Below are positions 5,446 through 10,650 of a stretch of 10,650 nt of DNA, piece after piece; positions within the stretch are counted from its first letter, which is position 1, and the number at the start of each line of letters is the position of its first letter. The DNA comes from Myxococcales bacterium (GTDB lineage: Bacteria; Myxococcota_A; UBA9042): assembly GCA_037441385.1 (NCBI GenBank), contig JBBISH010000171.1:1-10650 (forward strand). Reading direction: 5' to 3'. A program made the translations under genes and the position numbers. The notes under the pieces are model-generated. The model had not been told where the DNA came from. It ran no database searches and saw only the letters and a list, made by a program, of their open reading frames with translations.

Positions 5446-8077
5446 ATCTCGGCTTGTTCTGTCGGCAACGGATGCGCTGAGCGCTCCGCTGCAGAAGTCG
5501 CGCAAGGCCGTAGAAGACCTCGGCGCAGCCGTGGACGTGGCGGGTAAGAAGGCGCGCACCGCCAACAAGGATCTGGACGCGGTTGGCAGTCAGAAGGCCG
5601 GCGCAGTCGCACCCTTCCGTGCCATCCAGGAAACCAGCGGCGATGTGGAGTCGGCGCTCAAGGGCCTGGGCGACTTCGCGGGCCAGTCCGAAAAGGCGGT
5701 CAAGGGCCTTGGCGACGCGTTCGGCGCGACCGAGGCAGTCATGCGGCTGATGCCCGGCCCGGCCGGTCTGGCCGCCGCGGCGCTCGCCGGCATGGCTCTG
5801 GGCGCTAAGCTGCTCTACGACCACATCAACCAGACCGAGGCCAAGCTGCGCCTGCTCACTACCGGCGTCACCCGCGACCTGGGCGAACGGCTTGGGTTTT
5901 CGGCTGACGAGACCGTGCGCCTGGCCCAGGCCTTGGGGAACCTGGGCACCGTGGCCCGGCCGTCTACGGCGCTGCTGGCCGAGGTCGCCAAGAACGCCCG
6001 CGACATGGGCAACGACCCGGCCGATGCGGTCGCCAAATTCGTCGGCGCTTGGAAGGAAGGCCCCGACGCGGTGCGCGCCATCCAAGGCGAAGTGGGCACG
6101 CTGTCGGTCAAGGTCAAGTCGCTGCCCGAGGTGGCGGAGGCTCTGGGTATTTCTGCGGCGAACGCCGGCCTGCAGACCACGCTGAGCACCGCCGAGCGGC
6201 TCAAGAACCTCCTGGGCACTGCGAGCCAGGACCAGACCAACCTGCAGGCGGAGCAGACCAAGCTGGCCGAGCTGCAGGCTAAGCTGTCGACCGTGCTGGT
6301 CAGCGACGGCGGCGATCGGCGCGAGTCGCTGATCCTGGAAATCGACGCCCAGGCCCACGCTGTGGAGCTGGCGCAGGCCCGCGTCAACGTGTCGCGCGAC
6401 CAGGCCCAGGCCCTGGACGAGCAGGCCACGCGCGAGCAGCAACTTGCCAAACTGCAAAAGGATACCGCCGATGCGTTCGCCGCGGCCGACATCAAGGCCC
6501 AGCTCGCCAACACCAAGCAGCAGGCTCTGAAGGTTCGGCTTGCCGCCATCGACGACCGCCGTAACGCGCTGGCCGCACAGCAGGTGGTGCTGCAAGAGCA
6601 GATCGCCAACAACGCGGGCGACGAGGCCAGGGAACGACTGCGCGCCCTGAAGGTCCAGCAGGACGCCAACGAGCTGGCCGAAAAGCAGGCACTGGATGCC
6701 GACCGCCAGGAGCGCGCGGCCAAGGCCAAGGCGGCGGCGCAGGAATCGCAGCAGCGGCGGATGGCCCTGCTGGGCTCCCAGCTCGCTACCGAGAAAGCCC
6801 GGGCCGACCGTGACGGCATTGTGACCGAGCAAGAACGCCTGCGCTTGCTCGACCTGGAGGTGGCCAAGGAACGAGCCGCGGCCAGCGCCATCCCCAACCG
6901 CAAGCTGCGCGCGGCCGAGCTGACCCGGATCGACGAAGAGGCGGCGACCAAACGCGCGGCCATCGACCGCGAGCTGAACGCCGCCCGGGCCGCTACCGAC
7001 GAGGATCTGTTCAAGGCGACCGAGGCGTCCATGCAGCGCACGGTGGAGCTGCAGCGCCAGGCCGATGCGGCGATGGTCAGCTCGGCCAAGGTGCGCGCCA
7101 CCACCATGGCGGCGGCGCTTCGTGCCCAGGGCCAGGTGGAGCAGGCCATCGAGGTGGAACGGCGCCAGGCTCGGGCGGAGTACGAGCAGGCTTTGATCGT
7201 CGCCGATCGCGATCGCCTTGCCGCGCTGCAAACGGTGGTGGCTGGTTCGGTCGACGCCGCAAACGTGGAGGCTCTGGCCGAGTCCAAGCGGGTTGAGGCC
7301 AAGGTCGCGCTGGGCGAGGTGGAGCGCCGCCTGGACGAAGAGCGCGCCACTCGCGCGCGGCAGAATCGGGCCGACGCCGCCGACGCGCTACAGGGCACCA
7401 TCGACGCGCTGCAGCGCTTGTCGCAGGCCGGCAGCTGGAAGGCCGATGCAGCGGGCAAGGGGCTTTCCACCATCACCGCCGGACTCAAAGATTTGGACAA
7501 GGCCCTGGCCCAAACCGAAAACCGAGCCTCGTCCGCAGCTCTGTCCATCGGTGGCACGCTCGCCTCGCTCGGCAACGTCGCCGTTGACGTGTCGACCAAG
7601 CGCACCTTGGCCGCCCTGGACGCCGACGAAAAGACCCGGCTGAGCACGGCAAAGACCGAGCAGGAACGGGCGGCAATCACGGCCGACTTTGAAAAGCGCA
7701 AGGCCGATGCCGTCGAAGAGGGCGAGCGCCGCAAGGCCGCGATTCTCGGCCTGATGGAGGTGGCGCGGGCGGCCGCGAGCTACCCCAACATCCCTGAGAT
7801 GGTGGCACACGGTGCGGCGGCGGCGCTGTACGGGGCGATCGCTGGCGGCGCGTTTTCCGTCAGCTCGCCCAGCTCGGCGGCTGCGCCAATGGAGGCCGGC
7901 ACCAGCCTGGGCAACGCGGCCTCCGGCGGCGGCAGTGGCAAGGGCGGCGGCGGCGGCATCACCAACGTGATCAACATCAACACGCCGCTGGTCAGCCGGC
8001 AGGACGTGGGCAAGGGCGTGACCGGAAGCCTGCGCAGCCTGCGCAACACCGGCTATGCCAAGAGCGCGGGGGGCTGA
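5417..8077 (+). CDS. Tail tape measure protein, 886 aa
   Basis: ATG 5417 with GAGG at 5407-5410. The N-terminus LVLSATDALSAPL is typical of tape measures. It is a long A/E/Q/R/K-rich helical protein with a Gly-rich linker and NVININ strand at the C-terminus, and it follows the G/GT genes. Confidence 0.9.
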   Translation: MSNSNETRVESRLVLSATDALSAPLQKSRKAVEDLGAAVDVAGKKARTANKDLDAVGSQKAGAVAPFRAIQETSGDVESALKGLGDFAGQSEKAVKGLGDAFGATEAVMRLMPGPAGLAAAALAGMALGAKLLYDHINQTEAKLRLLTTGVTRDLGERLGFSADETVRLAQALGNLGTVARPSTALLAEVAKNARDMGNDPADAVAKFVGAWKEGPDAVRAIQGEVGTLSVKVKSLPEVAEALGISAANAGLQTTLSTAERLKNLLGTASQDQTNLQAEQTKLAELQAKLSTVLVSDGGDRRESLILEIDAQAHAVELAQARVNVSRDQAQALDEQATREQQLAKLQKDTADAFAAADIKAQLANTKQQALKVRLAAIDDRRNALAAQQVVLQEQIANNAGDEARERLRALKVQQDANELAEKQALDADRQERAAKAKAAAQESQQRRMALLGSQLATEKARADRDGIVTEQERLRLLDLEVAKERAAASAIPNRKLRAAELTRIDEEAATKRAAIDRELNAARAATDEDLFKATEASMQRTVELQRQADAAMVSSAKVRATTMAAALRAQGQVEQAIEVERRQARAEYEQALIVADRDRLAALQTVVAGSVDAANVEALAESKRVEAKVALGEVERRLDEERATRARQNRADAADALQGTIDALQRLSQAGSWKADAAGKGLSTITAGLKDLDKALAQTENRASSAALSIGGTLASLGNVAVDVSTKRTLAALDADEKTRLSTAKTEQERAAITADFEKRKADAVEEGERRKAAILGLMEVARAAASYPNIPEMVAHGAAAALYGAIAGGAFSVSSPSSAAAPMEAGTSLGNAASGGGSGKGGGGGITNVININTPLVSRQDVGKGVTGSLRSLRNTGYAKSAGG

Positions 8078-8727
8078 TGCTTGCCATCGAAACCACGGCA
8101 ACCTGGGCGTTTTCAGTCGACGTGACCGTGGGCGTCAACACGGAGACGTACACCAACCTGGCGGCCGACCGCGACGCTGTGACTGCCGTGACGGCGCTGG
8201 TCGCCTGGGCCAACGATGCTGGCCGCGCCTGGTCGGGCAGCCGCACGTTTTCGTGGGACTGGTCGCGGCACAGCGACAGCGGCGGCGCGCTGCTGGTGCT
8301 GGCCTGCAGCGGCACGTTCAGCCTGAGCGCGGGCGCGGCCACCAACCTGGGCCTACCGGCGGCGGTGGGAGTGGTGGGGGTGGTGGGTACCGCTCCGGCG
8401 CTGGGCACCTGGGCGCCCGTTTCGCGCGTCAGCGTCCGCGGCAACCTGCGCGTGCTGGCCGCTGGCGATGGCTGTGGCGACGGGGCTGTGCGGCCCGGCG
8501 TGCCCGGCACCGCGGCCAAGAATCCCCAGGTCTCGGCCATTGGCACCGCCATCGACGCCGCCCGCCTGGCCGCCATCTTGGCCACCGCCAGCAACCCGCG
8601 TCGCTGCCTGGTGTACCAGCTGCACAAGGCCACCTGGCTGACCCGTGCGCTGGGCGACATTTCGCGCTCGTCGGCCGGGCCGATGCACTACGCGTTTGAG
8701 TTGACGCTTGCGGGGTTGGCGCTATGA
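8077..8727 (+). CDS. Tail-tip protein A (distal tail/Dit position), 216 aa
   Basis: TGATG coupling to the tape measure stop, beta-rich sequence, first gene after the tape measure. Function is positional inference. Confidence 0.6.
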   Translation: MLAIETTATWAFSVDVTVGVNTETYTNLAADRDAVTAVTALVAWANDAGRAWSGSRTFSWDWSRHSDSGGALLVLACSGTFSLSAGAATNLGLPAAVGVVGVVGTAPALGTWAPVSRVSVRGNLRVLAAGDGCGDGAVRPGVPGTAAKNPQVSAIGTAIDAARLAAILATASNPRRCLVYQLHKATWLTRALGDISRSSAGPMHYAFELTLAGLAL

Positions 8728-9464
8728 GTTGCCGCATCGAAGCCTGGAGCTACAGCGAGGGGCCGTCCGCGTCGGTGGGTGTGGCGGCGGGGTCGACCTC
8801 GGCGCTTGGCTCCACCCAGGCCATCGCCATCAAAGAGCAGGCCAGCCCCGGCACCACCACCTACGCGCGCACGGCGGCGCCGAGCCGGTTCCGCGACGCG
8901 CTGGCGCACTGGCAGACGACGTTGAATTTGCCCGCCCCGGCCGGCACGCCCAGCGGCACCCACACATTCAGTTACGACAGCAGTACTCGGCGCGTGACCC
9001 TGGCGTCGACGGTGAACATGCGGCCGCTGATGCCCGACAACGCCGCTACCTGGCTCGGCCTCACCCAAGACCTCAGCGCCGGCTGGGCCACGTCGTGGCA
9101 GGGGGCCAGCGCGCCGGCTGGAATCGTCGAGCTCGTCGGCGTGACGGTGGAACCGGCGGAGGACTGGAGCGCCATCGACCTGTCCGAGTACCGCCACGGT
9201 CGCGCGGTCGCTTCGGTCTGGGGCAACCACCAGGTGCACCAGGCTCAGCTGCTGTTCACGGCCGATGAGGTGGACCAGATCAACGCGGGCTACGTCACGG
9301 CTGGGCGCGTGCGCATCTACCAGGACACCGACACCACCGCCTACAGCGCCACCAACATCGACGGCTACGTGGAGGGCTTTGTGCTGGCCTGCGACACGCC
9401 CACCGAAGACGGCGACGCGCCCGAGCTGTGGACCTTGCGCATGTTGATTGGGGTGCCGCGATGA
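8724..9464 (+). CDS. Tail-tip protein B (Dit-like, apparent paralog of 8077..8727), 246 aa
   Basis: ATGA overlaps at both ends. It shares collinear motifs with the preceding protein (SGxxTFSxD, AATxLGL, RxxxYQ). Confidence 0.6.
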   Translation: MSCRIEAWSYSEGPSASVGVAAGSTSALGSTQAIAIKEQASPGTTTYARTAAPSRFRDALAHWQTTLNLPAPAGTPSGTHTFSYDSSTRRVTLASTVNMRPLMPDNAATWLGLTQDLSAGWATSWQGASAPAGIVELVGVTVEPAEDWSAIDLSEYRHGRAVASVWGNHQVHQAQLLFTADEVDQINAGYVTAGRVRIYQDTDTTAYSATNIDGYVEGFVLACDTPTEDGDAPELWTLRMLIGVPR

Positions 9465-10650
9465 GCTTTTGGGACACCATCCGCTACGGCTGGACACCGA
9501 ACTACGTCTTGACCATCGCGGGCATCCCGGTGTGCTGGGCCGAGATGGCCACCGGCAAGACCTTGCCCAGCGGCTATACCGTGGAGGATGGTTCGCTGGT
9601 CATCGACGACAGCGGCGACATCGGCGTCGACCACATCGACCGTGAGCGCGGTGTGGCCGTGGCGATGCCGCTCAAGTTCAAGCTGCTGGACACCGATACC
9701 ACCCGCGACTGGATGCGCAAGTGGTCCAAGTTCATGACCCTTACCGCGACTCTGGAGCCGAGCGACCTTGCTGCAACAGTTGACGACAGCACCGGCTGGA
9801 CCAACGGCGACGAGGCGTGGCTGGGCCTGGAGTGCATCGAGATCGGCACCGTCGCCAGCGGCACCAGCCTGACCGGCCTGACCCGCGCCACCGCCGGCAG
9901 CCTGGCCTATCAGCACCGCGCCGGCACCACGGCGCAGTTGATGACCGACCGCCCCCGCTACTGGCGCGGCCGCGACGTGGTGCTGTGGGCTGCCCCGATG
10001 GACCCCAGCGGCTACTTGCCTGGGTCGGGCTTGCTGACCGAGGCCGTGCAGGTCTGGCGCGGCCGCATCGAGTCAGGCCCCGTGCGCGAGATCGACGGCT
10101 TTGTGTTCGAGGCGTCCGACCTGGGCCGCGTGCTTGACCAGGGCCTGATCGGCAAGGTGAGCGGCAAGGTGGTGGACACCAGCGCCAAGTACAAGATCGC
10201 GTCGGGCTGGTCGGCCAACGTGCACCTGGTCGCCAACGATGCCGCGGGCGTGCTGCAGTGGGAGTACGACCTCACGCTCGCCCCGTTCGACAGCCTGACC
10301 GATGGCGACCTGCTGACCGCCAGCGAAATCCGCACCTACATCAGCGACGAGTGGTCGACGGTCATCGCCGCGGCCGGGGCTACCGTCGCGCCCGACCTGG
10401 GCGACCTGGCCTGGGTCCTGGACAAGGGCTCCTACAAGGCCCGGGTCAAGGTGATGTCGAACGCGTCAGTGTCCTGGGTGCACCGCTGGGTCACGCTGGA
10501 CGGCAAGGACACGTGGTTCGAGGAGGCGGACCCGCACTGGGAGGGCGGCATGTTCGTCGACGCCTGGATCCCCATCGGCTGGAAATCCGCCGGCAACCCG
10601 CTCACGCCGTACGCCGGCAAGGAGGCTCCCGCCAGCGCGCTCACCGTTCA
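9461..10650 (+). CDS. Baseplate hub/Tal-like tail-tip protein, 3'-truncated (at least 396 aa); absent from the supplied ORF track
   Basis: ATG 9461 overlaps the upstream TGA. Manual translation is open to the window end: MSFWDTIRYGWTPNYVLTIAGIPVCWAE...YWRGRDVVLW...VWRGRIESG...FVFEASDLGRVLD...EAPASALTV. The WRG.I and F.F.A.D....L pattern is hub-like, and codons are GC3-rich. Confidence 0.8.
   Translation, partial: MSFWDTIRYGWTPNYVLTIAGIPVCWAEMATGKTLPSGYTVEDGSLVIDDSGDIGVDHIDRERGVAVAMPLKFKLLDTDTTRDWMRKWSKFMTLTATLEPSDLAATVDDSTGWTNGDEAWLGLECIEIGTVASGTSLTGLTRATAGSLAYQHRAGTTAQLMTDRPRYWRGRDVVLWAAPMDPSGYLPGSGLLTEAVQVWRGRIESGPVREIDGFVFEASDLGRVLDQGLIGKVSGKVVDTSAKYKIASGWSANVHLVANDAAGVLQWEYDLTLAPFDSLTDGDLLTASEIRTYISDEWSTVIAAAGATVAPDLGDLAWVLDKGSYKARVKVMSNASVSWVHRWVTLDGKDTWFEEADPHWEGGMFVDAWIPIGWKSAGNPLTPYAGKEAPASALTV

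Larger units (their letters stand above)
1..10650 (+). mobile_element. Tailed phage/prophage head-neck-tail morphogenesis module (siphovirus-like), extending past both window edges
   Basis: Twelve co-oriented, tightly packed ORFs follow the canonical order scaffold, capsid, neck, tube, chaperone G/GT with slippery site, tape measure, tail tip. Start/stop overlaps are ATGA at 2840, 8724 and 9461, and TGATG at 8075. Confidence 0.95.

Noticed and set aside
5393..7734. Two long minus-strand ORFs (612 and 639 aa) opposite the tape measure
   Set aside because: Their Ser/Ala/Arg or Leu/Gly composition is what reverse-complementing an Ala/Glu/Gln-rich GC-biased gene produces. There is no independent coding evidence.
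1..10650. Alternative genetic code, contractile injection system/tailocin, gene transfer agent, or diversity-generating retroelement
   Set aside because: Genes are intact in the standard code with both TAG and TGA used as stops. There is no sheath or wedge gene, a capsid gene is present, the genes do not resemble the RcGTA set as far as I can see, and no reverse transcriptase or adenine-variable repeat pair was seen. A domesticated element cannot be excluded without flanking sequence.

Overview
The whole window is a GC-rich, all-plus-strand virion morphogenesis module of a tailed phage or prophage (Caudoviricetes, siphovirus-like gene order, no sheath gene in the window). From left to right it holds: the 3' part of a Pro-rich probable scaffold gene, an unknown 143-aa gene, a divergent Mu gpT-like major capsid protein, a multidomain head-tail adaptor, a tail terminator-like protein, a large tail tube protein, a tail assembly chaperone pair joined by a G GGA AAC -1 frameshift site, an 886-aa tape measure protein, two short tail-tip genes that look like ancient tandem paralogs, and a hub/Tal-like gene that runs off the right edge and is missing from the ORF track. 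Product names come from gene order and motifs read by eye, not from database searches. The most unusual points are the paralogous Dit-position pair, a two-gene neck, a small beta module that seems to recur in three virion proteins, a Cys-rich frameshift extension, and a 17-bp hairpin spanned by a 15-codon mini-ORF between the capsid and adaptor genes. No RNA genes, CRISPR array, integrase, transposase or defence system were seen. The host and the phage-versus-prophage state cannot be determined from this window.
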